Source of the DNA: Atribacterota bacterium
GTDB taxonomy: Bacteria > Atribacterota > Phoenicimicrobiia > Phoenicimicrobiales > Stramentimicrobiaceae
Reading direction: 5' to 3'
Length of the DNA stretch: 64,000 bases
NCBI GenBank assembly: GCA_028717805.1
Contig: JAQUNC010000004.1
Location: forward strand, 5,549 to 69,548
Below, piece after piece: positions 18,973-29,191 of the stretch. The notes beneath the pieces were generated by a model. That model saw only the letters and a list, made by a program, of their open reading frames with translations. It searched no databases and was not told the DNA's origin. The position numbers and the translations under genes were made by a program. Every line of letters starts with the position of its first letter. Within the stretch, counting starts at the first letter, position 1.

Positions 18973-20874
18973 TTACAACTTTACCAGTCCTAACCTTTTT
19001 ATAACATTATGTTGATAGAACAGCATTGGTATTACGATAGCCACACCAATGATGGATAAAATATGTTTAGGACACATCAGTAAAATTCCACTCCCAACGA
19101 ATACTAATCGAAATAAAACATTTAAATTACTTTTTACTCTCCCAAAAAACCCATATGCTAGTAGTATTGCACCAAAAAATGCGCTCCCTACATAAGTTGC
19201 TACTGAAATAGTATCACTGCGACCTACCAGAGAAGGATTAAGTACAAAAAAATAGGGAATAATGAAAGCAACAATACCCAGCCTGACTGATACTAAGGCA
19301 GTTTTAAACCAATTACCTTTAGCAATACCAGCAGCAACAATTGCCTGGGTACAGGTAGGAGGAGTTACTCCGCCTAAGATGGCCCAGTAAATAAAGAATA
19401 GATGCAAGGCTATCTGATCAACTCCCAGCCTTATTAGTGAAGGAGCAAGTATAGAAATAGACAATATATAAGTTGGTACTACTGGTAGAGAGGTTCCTAA
19501 AATAAAAGGGATAATAGTGGCTATTAATAATGCCAATAACAAATTATTTCCTCCAACCTCTAAGATTACAGAACTCAACTTGGGAGCAATACCGGTAATG
19601 CCAATCATATTAACCAGAATATTTACAGACACTAAAATTGGTACAATTTTACAAAGAGCTAATCCTCCTTCACTTAATCCATCCCTTATCTTTGTTAACG
19701 TATATTTTACTCCTTTTGGGGAAAGATCAGAAAGCAAGAAAATTACAATAACTGAAACGCAAGCATAAAATCCAGCAAAGATTAAGGCTCTACCTCTAGC
19801 AATAGAATATAGGAGTACTGCCATAGGAATAACTAAGGAGGCTATTCTATTAAATTTTAAAATACTTTGCCATTTGGGAATTTCATTCTCAGGTACTGCA
19901 GCTAAACCAGATCGTACTGTCTCAAAATGTACTCCAGCAAAGACTCCGGTATAATAGAGTAAACAAGGAATCAGGGCATAAGCTATAATTTTTAAATAGG
20001 GAAGACCCAAAAATTCTGCCATAATAAAAGCTGCCACACTCATAATAGGTGGAGTAATTCCTCCTCCTGTTGAAGCAATAGCTTCCACTCCAGCTGCAAA
20101 ATCAGGATTATAACCCAACCGTTTCATTAGCGGAATGGTGTAACTACCGGTAACTACCACATTAGCTACACCACTACCGGAGATACTCCCAAAAAGAGCA
20201 CTTGATACTACTGCTGTTTTGGCTGGCCCACCCCTGTATCTACCGGTTAATGCTAATGCAATATCAATAAAAGTCTTCCCTCCACCTGCTCCTGAAATGA
20301 GGGCACCAAATATGATAAACATAGCAATAAAAGTTGCTGACATCCCGGTGATACTTCCATAAATTCCTAGAGCAGAAAAATATACTGAATTAATAACAAA
20401 TTTCCAGGATAAACCCGGTAACCTCCATATTCCTGTCAATTTTGGACCAAGAGATATATAGAGAAATAACAATCCCACAAATATTGGTATTGCCCAACCT
20501 ACAGATCTTCGTGCTGCATCAAGTATAACTATTATTAAGAGAGAGCCAATGATTAAATCAAAAGTTGATGCACTTCCCGGAATCATATAAATTTTCATTG
20601 CCTTTAAAAATGTATTAACATTTGCTATTATTATTATGGTAATGACACATACATCCCAAAAGGAAATTTTTTTGTTTTCTTGATTTGATTTACCATAAGG
20701 ATAAGCCAGAGATGCAAGGGAAACTCCAAGAATAATATGAATTGCTCTCAACTGTAAATCTATTAGAGTTATAAAAATGGGAAGAATAAGCTGTGTAAGG
20801 GCAAAAATAATACCACCCCAGAATAGTACCTGGTTTCTATCCAAAATAGACCTCCCTTTATTTTGGATCGCCAT
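18973..20874 (-). CDS. TRAP transporter fused 4TM/12TM permease (TAXI type, copy 2)
   Basis: 633-aa polytopic protein. The block LFGSISGSGVANVVVTGSYTIPLMKRLGYNPDFAAGVEAIASTGGGITPP is paralogous to the 27194-29080 protein. Confidence 0.85.
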   Translation of the reverse strand: MAIQNKGRSILDRNQVLFWGGIIFALTQLILPIFITLIDLQLRAIHIILGVSLASLAYPYGKSNQENKKISFWDVCVITIIIIANVNTFLKAMKIYMIPGSASTFDLIIGSLLIIVILDAARRSVGWAIPIFVGLLFLYISLGPKLTGIWRLPGLSWKFVINSVYFSALGIYGSITGMSATFIAMFIIFGALISGAGGGKTFIDIALALTGRYRGGPAKTAVVSSALFGSISGSGVANVVVTGSYTIPLMKRLGYNPDFAAGVEAIASTGGGITPPIMSVAAFIMAEFLGLPYLKIIAYALIPCLLYYTGVFAGVHFETVRSGLAAVPENEIPKWQSILKFNRIASLVIPMAVLLYSIARGRALIFAGFYACVSVIVIFLLSDLSPKGVKYTLTKIRDGLSEGGLALCKIVPILVSVNILVNMIGITGIAPKLSSVILEVGGNNLLLALLIATIIPFILGTSLPVVPTYILSISILAPSLIRLGVDQIALHLFFIYWAILGGVTPPTCTQAIVAAGIAKGNWFKTALVSVRLGIVAFIIPYFFVLNPSLVGRSDTISVATYVGSAFFGAILLAYGFFGRVKSNLNVLFRLVFVGSGILLMCPKHILSIIGVAIVIPMLFYQHNVIKRLGLVKL

Positions 20875-20897
20875 ATTTTCTTACCTCTTATTTGTAT

Positions 20898-23800
20898 TTA
20901 TAGTTCTAATGGTACAAAATTTTTCTTCATAATACGAATGGCTTTTTCAGGGTCAATTCTTCCGTAAAGACCTCCGACGGTTGATAAAATATAAGAAGCG
21001 TCCAATAATACTTTATGGTTTGGTCTCAAAACGGTATATTCTTTCGGATTGAAAAGGGCTCCTTTTACAATCATCTTAAGATCTTCTATAAGATAATCTT
21101 TGTTTTCCTTACATTTATGATACACTGTTCCACCAACTATTACCAGTGTGCAATCCTGAGTAAAGAAATTGACTCCTTCTTGCAAGAAATAAACATCAGT
21201 TTCTTTGACATGCCCTACATTATTAGCAGTAGCTACTGCTAAAGTTTCCTTAGCCAGAACGCTTCTGATGAAGTTTTCCTCTTCTGTAGTGGGCATAATA
21301 TGGGGATTATCGTGAATCCACTTTAAATATTCCTTTAGCTTGATAAACCATTTTTGTTCTTTATAAACTAAAAATCGATCCATATGGTCACCATTCTCCT
21401 GAAAATCAGGATATTTCTGATTAAACAAATCGCTAATTTCCTTTTCTACTGAACCATTTTTAAATTTTTCCAGTTCCATTAAATTTTCTGCGTTATAAGC
21501 TAATCCATATTTACCTTCTACTCTCCGATAAGCCAGAGGGTAATTGGGAGTTTTTAGTATAGTTCTTTTAACTTTTTTCTTAGGATCATCCCAGGGATAA
21601 TGATACAAGGGATTGGAATGTACATTGGCAAAAAAGTCAGTAGTACAACCACCAATATCTAAAGCCACGATATTCCCGATCCCTTCTTCTTCACCATAAC
21701 CGCGAGCTAACAAATTAATTCCTAAGAAAGCTGCTCGGGGAGTTGGTATAAATTTTGTACTCATATACTCTTCTACCACATCAAATCCCTTGCCTCGGAT
21801 AACAACAGTCTGAAAGAGTTCTCTTATTGCTTCATTTACTACATCAATGTTATACCTGTTAACTTCGGGCATAATATTGCCAGTTGCCCTTACATCAATA
21901 TTGTGACTATGGAAAATATCCAGTATTTCCTCAGTAACATCTTCATTTCCAGCATAAATTATCGGTATTCCATATTTAGCATAGGTTGCTAATTTTGCAG
22001 TTTCAGCTAATATCTTAGCATTGTGTAATACAGTTTCTGTATCTCCACCTTCATTAACTCCACCACTTAAGAGAATAATTTCCGGGCCATCTTCTAAATA
22101 AATTGCTCGAGCTTCTTCTAAAGATAATTTTCCGTCATAACTATTGAGAAGTTTTGCCCCTGCGGTCAGAGCTGCAAGATCAGCAGCAAATCCACTCTCC
22201 CTTTCAGTAGAAGCAACAGTAACCATTTTTAAACCACCTTTTGCACTACTGCAGGGAAGTTTTATATCAAATTCATTCATCATCTTCCGTAAAGGTTCCC
22301 AGTTGCCTTCTTTCCTACATTTGTCAAGACACCCTAAACCATTCGCCAAACCTTCACGAATATCGTCAACTGTAGTTGGAACGTAACGTAAATCCACTGC
22401 ATCTGAATTGGTATTAAAGATAGCAATTTTGGTGTAAGTACTACCAAAATCTACCGCCAATATTTTTTTATCCCGCAAATCTTTTAATCCTAATTGGTCT
22501 CTAAATGATAAGAGGAGATGGTCTTCAACGATAGCATCCTTTGATTCTGCTACTATTGATAATTCATCAGTCTGGCTAACATCTTTATAGAAATACCAGG
22601 GGAATCGTTCTCTAACCTTATCAACTCTTTCAATTTCATCTTTTACCTTTTGCAGACAAAATTCATCAATGCGACAAGTTCCATCAATAATTTTAGTCTT
22701 ACACATTCCTGCTAACTCATAGCGTTTATCTATCACTGTTACCTGGGGTGCCTGGAATAAACCAACCTGTAACGCTAAATCCAGGTTATCAGCACTAATC
22801 AGGTCACATTGCCCAGATGGGTAATTCTTTTCATCAATTAAATCCAGTAACATTGTTTCATAGTTCTTTGCTCTATCAGCAACATTTTCCCTTTTGGCAG
22901 CTTCTCCAGGATTAACTGTATATTCAAAAAAGTTTTCTAAATTTATTTTACCTTCATATCCTCCCATTAAAGCTAAATGAAAGATATTATACATAGCTCC
23001 TTTCTTTAACTCTTCCTTCCGAGATATTACATCAGGAAGCTGCCAGATCTCAGGAAGAGGCGTGCGATAGTACTCTTCGACAGTCTGTTTGGTAATATCA
23101 CAGCTAGCAATAATGTCTTCTGCCTTAGCATCATGGTGCGCTTCACAGTAGCTAACCACATGGATAATATCGGGGTCCATAAACATCTGCCAGTAAGTGG
23201 TCATGGTAAGATGGCTTTTTGCCTTATCTAGATTGGGTGGAAAGCTGGAAAGGCCTCCTCGAGTTTCTTTAGTAATACTAAAATCAAAATGCCTGGTTAG
23301 TGGCTCAATTAGTTCAAAAGCTGCCTTCATTTTCCCTAAATCATATCTGGGATTTATTTCTGGAGGCAAATCAAACATTAATTGCATGACATAATTCTTT
23401 ATACCCATTTTTAGAGCAATAATTCCACATAGGATGTGGTCTGTAACATACATGTCATCTGAGCACCTTCGGAGTTGCCATTGATGGGGATCATTTATCT
23501 CCAGTGGTTTGTTTATAGAAGCCCACCAGCGCATGGTATTAAAATGTTCATTAATGCCATCCAGAATAGAAAGAGGGCCTCGTCCATCTAAACGGTTATA
23601 AAAGAATACAGGCACTGCTGGAAACGGCATATGTAAAGTTTCCTCAAATATCTTAGCTAATTCCACTAATTCATCGGTACCAGAGTATATTCTAATCATA
23701 GGGTAATTTCCACATTGAGTTGCCTCTTTTAACCTCCTTAAATCCTCTTTACTCCGAATTGGTGCACCGCCTTCTCCTTTACGATATTTCTCCGGATTTT

Positions 23801-24554
23801 CCTCTCCCCGAACAAATTTAGCCAGAAATGCCTGACTGGCCTGATCCGGAGCTAAAGAGACAATCTCCAGAGCTGCTGCTTCACTTATTTTTCTGGTTCC
23901 CTCTACTGTTGGTTCTATTGTTTCGGCAGCTGCACCAATATGAGCTCTGATGATTGGTCTATTTTCTAATTGACGTACCTGTTTTATCCTTTCTAATAAG
24001 TCATCAGACCATTTTATTTTCTCTCTGGCAACTCTTATTTTTTTCTGAGCAAAATATTCTAACTCATCCATTGTTACATAATCATCAACCACCATTTCGA
24101 AAAATCCCTGGAATTTTTCTTTATTTTTATATTCTTGAGCAATCTTTTCCAGATTAAAATGTCTATCTTCAGGAGGAGAAAATCTATCCTCCAGTATGCG
24201 TAAGCCAGTCATTGCTCTGACTAAATTAGCTGCGGGTCTTAATCCACCAAAACAATACCTTATTCCACTTTTTTCTGGCTGCAATCCATATTTATATACT
24301 TTTTCTATCAACTCTTCGATAATTTCATCAACATGCAAATCTCCCAGGCGATAACTAAAGGTGACCACTTCTGCTTTTGACTCTCTAATTTTATCTATCA
24401 ATTCATCAATAGATACAGCTGGTCCTAATTTAATGGCAATATAACCTATTCCTTTGCTCTCCAGCCACTCAGCAAATCTTTCTACCCCTAAGGTATGAAC
24501 ACAGGGGTCTATAGAACAGTTTAATACTCTTCTTTTTTTGTTCGATTTATCCAC
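20898..24554 (-). CDS. Single-chain fusion: B12-binding-like domain + glutamate-mutase-E-like middle region + GlmL/MutL-type ASKHA ATPase domain
   Basis: 1218 aa with a GTG start 8 nt after AAGGAGAG. Residues ~8-135 follow a Rossmann B12-domain pattern (RRVLNCSIDPCVHTLGVERFAEWLESKGIGYIAI...FSYRL...YCFGGL). Residues ~700-1218 carry GlmL-like ASKHA motifs (ILAVDFGSTYTKIAIF, ILLSGGVNEGGD, VALDIGGCTTDF, LVIVGGT). By eye only, the middle ~500 aa resembles the C-terminal half of GlmE (GGLSSFPP..., CEAHHDAKAEDII). Confidence 0.7.
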   Translation of the reverse strand: MDKSNKKRRVLNCSIDPCVHTLGVERFAEWLESKGIGYIAIKLGPAVSIDELIDKIRESKAEVVTFSYRLGDLHVDEIIEELIEKVYKYGLQPEKSGIRYCFGGLRPAANLVRAMTGLRILEDRFSPPEDRHFNLEKIAQEYKNKEKFQGFFEMVVDDYVTMDELEYFAQKKIRVAREKIKWSDDLLERIKQVRQLENRPIIRAHIGAAAETIEPTVEGTRKISEAAALEIVSLAPDQASQAFLAKFVRGEENPEKYRKGEGGAPIRSKEDLRRLKEATQCGNYPMIRIYSGTDELVELAKIFEETLHMPFPAVPVFFYNRLDGRGPLSILDGINEHFNTMRWWASINKPLEINDPHQWQLRRCSDDMYVTDHILCGIIALKMGIKNYVMQLMFDLPPEINPRYDLGKMKAAFELIEPLTRHFDFSITKETRGGLSSFPPNLDKAKSHLTMTTYWQMFMDPDIIHVVSYCEAHHDAKAEDIIASCDITKQTVEEYYRTPLPEIWQLPDVISRKEELKKGAMYNIFHLALMGGYEGKINLENFFEYTVNPGEAAKRENVADRAKNYETMLLDLIDEKNYPSGQCDLISADNLDLALQVGLFQAPQVTVIDKRYELAGMCKTKIIDGTCRIDEFCLQKVKDEIERVDKVRERFPWYFYKDVSQTDELSIVAESKDAIVEDHLLLSFRDQLGLKDLRDKKILAVDFGSTYTKIAIFNTNSDAVDLRYVPTTVDDIREGLANGLGCLDKCRKEGNWEPLRKMMNEFDIKLPCSSAKGGLKMVTVASTERESGFAADLAALTAGAKLLNSYDGKLSLEEARAIYLEDGPEIILLSGGVNEGGDTETVLHNAKILAETAKLATYAKYGIPIIYAGNEDVTEEILDIFHSHNIDVRATGNIMPEVNRYNIDVVNEAIRELFQTVVIRGKGFDVVEEYMSTKFIPTPRAAFLGINLLARGYGEEEGIGNIVALDIGGCTTDFFANVHSNPLYHYPWDDPKKKVKRTILKTPNYPLAYRRVEGKYGLAYNAENLMELEKFKNGSVEKEISDLFNQKYPDFQENGDHMDRFLVYKEQKWFIKLKEYLKWIHDNPHIMPTTEEENFIRSVLAKETLAVATANNVGHVKETDVYFLQEGVNFFTQDCTLVIVGGTVYHKCKENKDYLIEDLKMIVKGALFNPKEYTVLRPNHKVLLDASYILSTVGGLYGRIDPEKAIRIMKKNFVPLEL

Positions 24555-24588
24555 TTTTCAATCTCTCCTTTTCCAATATAGGGATATT

Positions 24589-25779
24589 TTATAAATTAAC
24601 AATCTGTTCTAAGTTGTTAAGACCATAATTTTGAGGAATTCTTGTTTCAGATATATCTCTCCCCTTCACATCACCATTGACTAAATATTCTTTTTTCATC
24701 CACTTACTGACTGTAATAATAACCTCATCAATGCTGGGAGTATCTACTTGTGCTAGTAAAGCAATTGCTTTAGAAACTATTAATCCAAAAGGTACATCCT
24801 CAGTGAGATAACGTGATTGAAAGTCTGGTTTATAATAACCATTTTCTAAATCTTTCATAGGCGCATATAAACCTTGATAAGCTTGATTGGTAATAAAACA
24901 GGCTTCTAAAGTATGGTCATCTATAATTGAATTTTTATAAGAAGATATGAGCCAATCCTCTAAGCTTAATACATTTGTCAAGTCTATATTTTTAAATCTA
25001 TTTTGAAGTTTCCTGGTTAAGGCAAGCATATCATTGCTCATATTGGCAAGTGTTTTAGCAATATTACTGGTTACTCCATGATAAAAGAGGGGAATGTCTT
25101 CTTTTTTATATTTTCTATTTTCATTTCCTTTGAAAAGTCCATACATAATTCCGGGGTGCACAATCTGACCGATATTAGCTAAAGTAAGGGTCAACATATT
25201 AGGGATGGGCTCCACTTTAATATTTAGTAAATGAGTAAATATTTCTGATAATTCTAAAGTAGCTTCCCGGGGCAGGGCTGCTAATCCTACTATGTCTTTT
25301 TTTCCCAAAATATCCACTTTGCTGGCATATTCTCTGGTTCGACAAGCCCAGGGAAGCGTTTGTAAACCAAAAAATTTAATTTTTTTATCAGTAACACTCT
25401 TTAAAACTTTCAATAAAGAATATTCAAAACCACCTCTGGCCGGTATTGATCCTATAATTACTTCATTCTTTAAAAAAGGGATTATTTGCAATAGAACCGA
25501 TTCTTGAGCAAATGCTGGCAGAGGCAAAAGTATCAAATCAGCATCCTGGCATACTTCTTCTGGAAATCTACTTACTTTATCTGGTCTCCCATATAATTCT
25601 TCTTTGCCTTGTACTGCAGTGATAACTCTGCTTTCATCAATTATCCTTTGAAAAATATCAACTTTATGCTGATAACGAAAAAAAAGATTAATTTGACAAT
25701 TAAAATTACTTTTGATAATTGGAATCATGGCATGAGCTGCATTCCCGCTTCCACAAATAGTAATGGTCTTAATACTCAT
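24589..25779 (-). CDS. NAD(P)-dependent octopine/nopaline (opine) dehydrogenase family protein
   Basis: 396 aa. The N-terminal dinucleotide fold ITICGSGNAAHA and the LQTLPWACRT segment are typical of opine dehydrogenases. First gene of the second operon. Confidence 0.75.
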   Translation of the reverse strand: MSIKTITICGSGNAAHAMIPIIKSNFNCQINLFFRYQHKVDIFQRIIDESRVITAVQGKEELYGRPDKVSRFPEEVCQDADLILLPLPAFAQESVLLQIIPFLKNEVIIGSIPARGGFEYSLLKVLKSVTDKKIKFFGLQTLPWACRTREYASKVDILGKKDIVGLAALPREATLELSEIFTHLLNIKVEPIPNMLTLTLANIGQIVHPGIMYGLFKGNENRKYKKEDIPLFYHGVTSNIAKTLANMSNDMLALTRKLQNRFKNIDLTNVLSLEDWLISSYKNSIIDDHTLEACFITNQAYQGLYAPMKDLENGYYKPDFQSRYLTEDVPFGLIVSKAIALLAQVDTPSIDEVIITVSKWMKKEYLVNGDVKGRDISETRIPQNYGLNNLEQIVNL

Positions 25780-25863
25780 TTATATACTCCTTAAAATAGC
25801 TATTAATTTATTATTTTTATATTTTTAATAATCTTAATTTTATCTATATAAAGATTAATATAC

Positions 25864-25878
25864 GGTATACTGTATACC
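25864..25878. promoter_or_regulatory. Palindromic operator GGTATAC-T-GTATACC (candidate GntR/FCD site), copy A
   Basis: Perfect 7-1-7 inverted repeat lying 8 nt downstream of a consensus -10 box on the minus strand. It shares the 13-nt core GTATACTGTATAC with 30293-30313. Confidence 0.6.
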
Positions 25879-25886
25879 ATTAAATA

Positions 25887-25915
25887 ATTATAATAATATT
25901 TCTTTTTTCAGTCAA
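25887..25915 (-). promoter_or_regulatory. Sigma-70-type promoter of the opine-DH/mutase-like/TRAP operon
   Basis: The minus strand reads TTGACT (25915-25910), a 17-nt spacer, then TATAAT (25892-25887). Confidence 0.6.
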
Positions 25916-26104
25916 ATTACTCGTTACAACCAAGGAAACTCAATTGTTTATTATAAAAAAATAGTTTGCCCAGAACATCTTCTTCTTTTCTTAATCAATA
26001 ATAGTGTTTATATTAGTATTAGCCATTTTTTATGTTGTCATTGGACATTCTGAACCAAAATCTTCCTTTTAACCAATTTTATTGCTCCCACTAACCACTA
26101 TTTT

Positions 26105-27154
26105 CTAAATTTTTAATTGATTGATTCCTTTTTTTATTAATTCTCTCAAAACATCTACAAACGATTCATGAACACTCGCTGGTAATCCATCAGCACCTGG
26201 TTCAGTATAACCATTAATTCCGTCAATAAAACCAGCATCAGCTGCCTTTTGTAATATCCTTTTCTCTATCTCGCTATTATGAAAAATATCAACGTCATTC
26301 TTTAATAAAGCAATTCCTGCTGCCAATCCATATGCTCCCCAGTTTGATATTACTGCTGTAATTAAATAGTTAGTCTTTGTTGACGGTGCTATTCCTGCTT
26401 GACAAGGACATTTGCACTTATTACCGAAGGGAAGATTTTTTCTGATTTCCTCCTGAATACAGCCCATTCCAATCTCATTTCCTCCATCTCCTATACCTAT
26501 AGTGGTAATATTATTTTTTAGCGCTTCCTGAACCAGATAATCTATTTTTGCCATATACTTACTTGAATCGACTCCTCTGCTGGTATGAATTATTTCTTTT
26601 TTATTCATACCTCCTTTTTCAATAGTGATTACTGCTTTGGGATGGTATTTCCTGATAAGATCAGTAGCTTTCTTTAACGCTATTTCCTTTTCGATAGGAA
26701 ATGAAAGAACTGAAGCTGAATTGATAGGAGCATGATACGCTGGTGTTTCTATTGCTTGGGAAGGTGACAACACTTTTAATCCTGCTGCATTGACCACTGT
26801 AGTCATTCCCTGAACCAGATTCTCTTCAATAAAAATGATAGGTATGGCATGATAGGCTCTATTAATAGCCCGGGCTAAAGATGCTGCACCAGGTGGACCA
26901 TCAGTTTCAGCAATGTCAGGCGTTATCTCTGGCCTATCAGGCCAGCCTGTAGCTATAAAGATAATATCTCCCTTAGTTATAATTTTATCTAATTCCTGAC
27001 TTGCTAGCATAATTAAAGGATATTCTGCCTTATTTCTTGCCCATTGATATAATAAATGGATTACTCCTCTCCCTGGTATATCTAGATTAACTAAACGATC
27101 AATTCTATCAAATATTTCCACCAATTTTTCTTTACTCTTTACAAATGAACTCAT
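26105..27154 (-). CDS. DUF4392 family protein (D-glutamate cyclase-like C-terminal domain family)
   Basis: 349 aa. The stretch IATGWPDRPEITPDIAETDGPPGAASLARAI is the family hallmark as I recall it. Last gene of the first TRAP operon. Confidence 0.7.
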   Translation of the reverse strand: MSSFVKSKEKLVEIFDRIDRLVNLDIPGRGVIHLLYQWARNKAEYPLIMLASQELDKIITKGDIIFIATGWPDRPEITPDIAETDGPPGAASLARAINRAYHAIPIIFIEENLVQGMTTVVNAAGLKVLSPSQAIETPAYHAPINSASVLSFPIEKEIALKKATDLIRKYHPKAVITIEKGGMNKKEIIHTSRGVDSSKYMAKIDYLVQEALKNNITTIGIGDGGNEIGMGCIQEEIRKNLPFGNKCKCPCQAGIAPSTKTNYLITAVISNWGAYGLAAGIALLKNDVDIFHNSEIEKRILQKAADAGFIDGINGYTEPGADGLPASVHESFVDVLRELIKKGINQLKI

Positions 27155-27193
27155 TTGATATTCTCCAATAAATTAAATTTAAATCTGATTTTA

Positions 27194-29080
27194 TTACGCC
27201 TCTACTTCAGAAAACTGTCTAACTTCTTCTCTTTTTTTAATTCTTTGATAGAAATAGACTAAAATCAATAATATCATTCCTCCTAGGCCTATTTTAAAAT
27301 TGGGAAAGATAAGAAGAATAGCAGCAATTATTAATATAATTCTCTCCAATAGATTAATCCGGGTTAGGAAATAACCCATCAAAGCAATAGCCAGGGCAAA
27401 TATTCCGATTAAAGCTGTACTAAAGGTTCTTAAAATATGAGATGCTGTCCCTATGAAAAGAATTGAATAGTCATTAACAAATACATAGGGAATAATAAAT
27501 CCTGGCAAAGCCATCATAATGGCATAGTAAGCAGTCTTTAACCAATTAGATTGGGCTATTCCTGATGCTACATAAACAGATAAACAAACAGGTGGTGTAA
27601 TGGTACCCAAAATAGCAAAATAAAAGACAAACATATGTGCTGCTAAAGGAAGTAAGCCCAACTCAATTAAAGCTGGACAGGCAACAATTGCAGCAATGAT
27701 ATAAGCAACTGCGGTAGGTAGACCCATTCCCAGAATAATACTTCCTACCATTGCTAATAATAGAGCATAAAAAGTATTACCTCCACTCATAGCTAAAATG
27801 ACTGTAGTCATTTTAATTCCTAAACCAGTCATTGAGACAATTCCCAATACTATCCCAGCACAAGCGCAGGCAATCGCCACTCCTATGGTATTTTTTGCTC
27901 CATATTCCAGTGCTTTCAAAAATACTTTGGGATTCTTTCTAATCTCCTGATTAACAAAACTTATAACAACTGTTGAGATAACCCCATAGAACGCGGCTCT
28001 CGTAGGTGAAAATCCCTGAACTATATAATAAATAATTACAATTAGAGGTATTATTAAATGTCCATTTCTTAAAAAAACTTTTTTCAAATTTATAGATGAC
28101 TTTTCCATCTTAAACCCCATCAACAGGGTACGAAACCTTACACATAAAAATACACTGGCAAAATATAATATAGCCGGTATAGCAGCCGCCTTACATATCG
28201 CAAAATATCTCATTCCCAGCATTTCAGCCATAATAAAAGCTCCCGCGCCCATAACCGGTGGCATAATTTGCCCCCCGGTTGAAGCAACAGCTTCTACTGC
28301 ACCAGCAAATTCTGGTTTATATCCTGAGCTTTTCATAAGTGGGATAGTAAATGAACCCGTGGTAGCAACGTTAGCAGTTGAGCTACCACTAATAGTACCA
28401 AATAAAGCACTACTAATAACAGCAACCTGAGCTCTTCCGCCTATCATTCTACCAGCAATGGCTTGTGAAAAATCCATAAAAAATTCCCCTACTCCTGCCT
28501 CGCTTAAGAATTGGCCAAAAATAACAAACATTACTACAGTAGTAGCGGAAACCCCTAATGGTATGCTCCAGATTCCATCTGAAGTAAGATAGAGAAAACC
28601 AAATATTCTTTCTATACTTAATCCTCGGTGTCCCCATATCCCCGGGATGTAACCACCAAAGCGGGCATATAAAATAAAGATGATTGCCAGAATCGGTAAT
28701 GCCATACCTATTGCTCTGCGACATGCTTCTAGAATCAATATAACAACCATGATGCCTATTAAATACTGAACACCAATAGATAATCCGCTCTGCATGGAAA
28801 TACTGATATAGTTTACAAATATATAGATGCAACTTAACATACCTAAAATGGTAAAAATTATATCTATCAGGCTAGCTTTTTTCTTATTCCAAGGATGTAA
28901 TAAAAAAATCATAGAAAAAACAAACATTAAGTGAACAGACCGTTGTACAAATACATCATATGGTATGGTACCGGCAGTATATAGGTGAAAAATTGACATT
29001 AATATAGCCATTAGCTGTGTATACCTATTTATTGGTAAACTTAGCTTATTATTTTTTTCTTCTCCATTATATTCTGTCAT
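27194..29080 (-). CDS. TRAP transporter fused 4TM/12TM permease (TAXI type, copy 1)
   Basis: 628-aa polytopic protein with LFGTISGSSTANVATTGSFTIPLMKSSGYKPEFAGAVEAVASTGGQIMPP. Confidence 0.85.
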   Translation of the reverse strand: MTEYNGEEKNNKLSLPINRYTQLMAILMSIFHLYTAGTIPYDVFVQRSVHLMFVFSMIFLLHPWNKKKASLIDIIFTILGMLSCIYIFVNYISISMQSGLSIGVQYLIGIMVVILILEACRRAIGMALPILAIIFILYARFGGYIPGIWGHRGLSIERIFGFLYLTSDGIWSIPLGVSATTVVMFVIFGQFLSEAGVGEFFMDFSQAIAGRMIGGRAQVAVISSALFGTISGSSTANVATTGSFTIPLMKSSGYKPEFAGAVEAVASTGGQIMPPVMGAGAFIMAEMLGMRYFAICKAAAIPAILYFASVFLCVRFRTLLMGFKMEKSSINLKKVFLRNGHLIIPLIVIIYYIVQGFSPTRAAFYGVISTVVISFVNQEIRKNPKVFLKALEYGAKNTIGVAIACACAGIVLGIVSMTGLGIKMTTVILAMSGGNTFYALLLAMVGSIILGMGLPTAVAYIIAAIVACPALIELGLLPLAAHMFVFYFAILGTITPPVCLSVYVASGIAQSNWLKTAYYAIMMALPGFIIPYVFVNDYSILFIGTASHILRTFSTALIGIFALAIALMGYFLTRINLLERIILIIAAILLIFPNFKIGLGGMILLILVYFYQRIKKREEVRQFSEVEA

Positions 29081-29130
29081 ATCTTCCTGCTTTCTTTAAA
29101 TGATACGATAATACAACAATTATGATTATT

Positions 29131-29163
29131 ATCAGTCCCCCTATTTTTGATAGGGGGACTGAT
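29131..29163 (-). promoter_or_regulatory. Intercistronic stem-loop (14-bp perfect stem) between TAXI receptor and permease genes
   Basis: ATCAGTCCCCCTAT / ttttg / ATAGGGGGACTGAT. It is GC-rich relative to its surroundings and has no clear U-tract on the minus strand. Confidence 0.5.
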
Positions 29164-29191
29164 AATCCCTACTAATCCTTAATAAGCTGGT

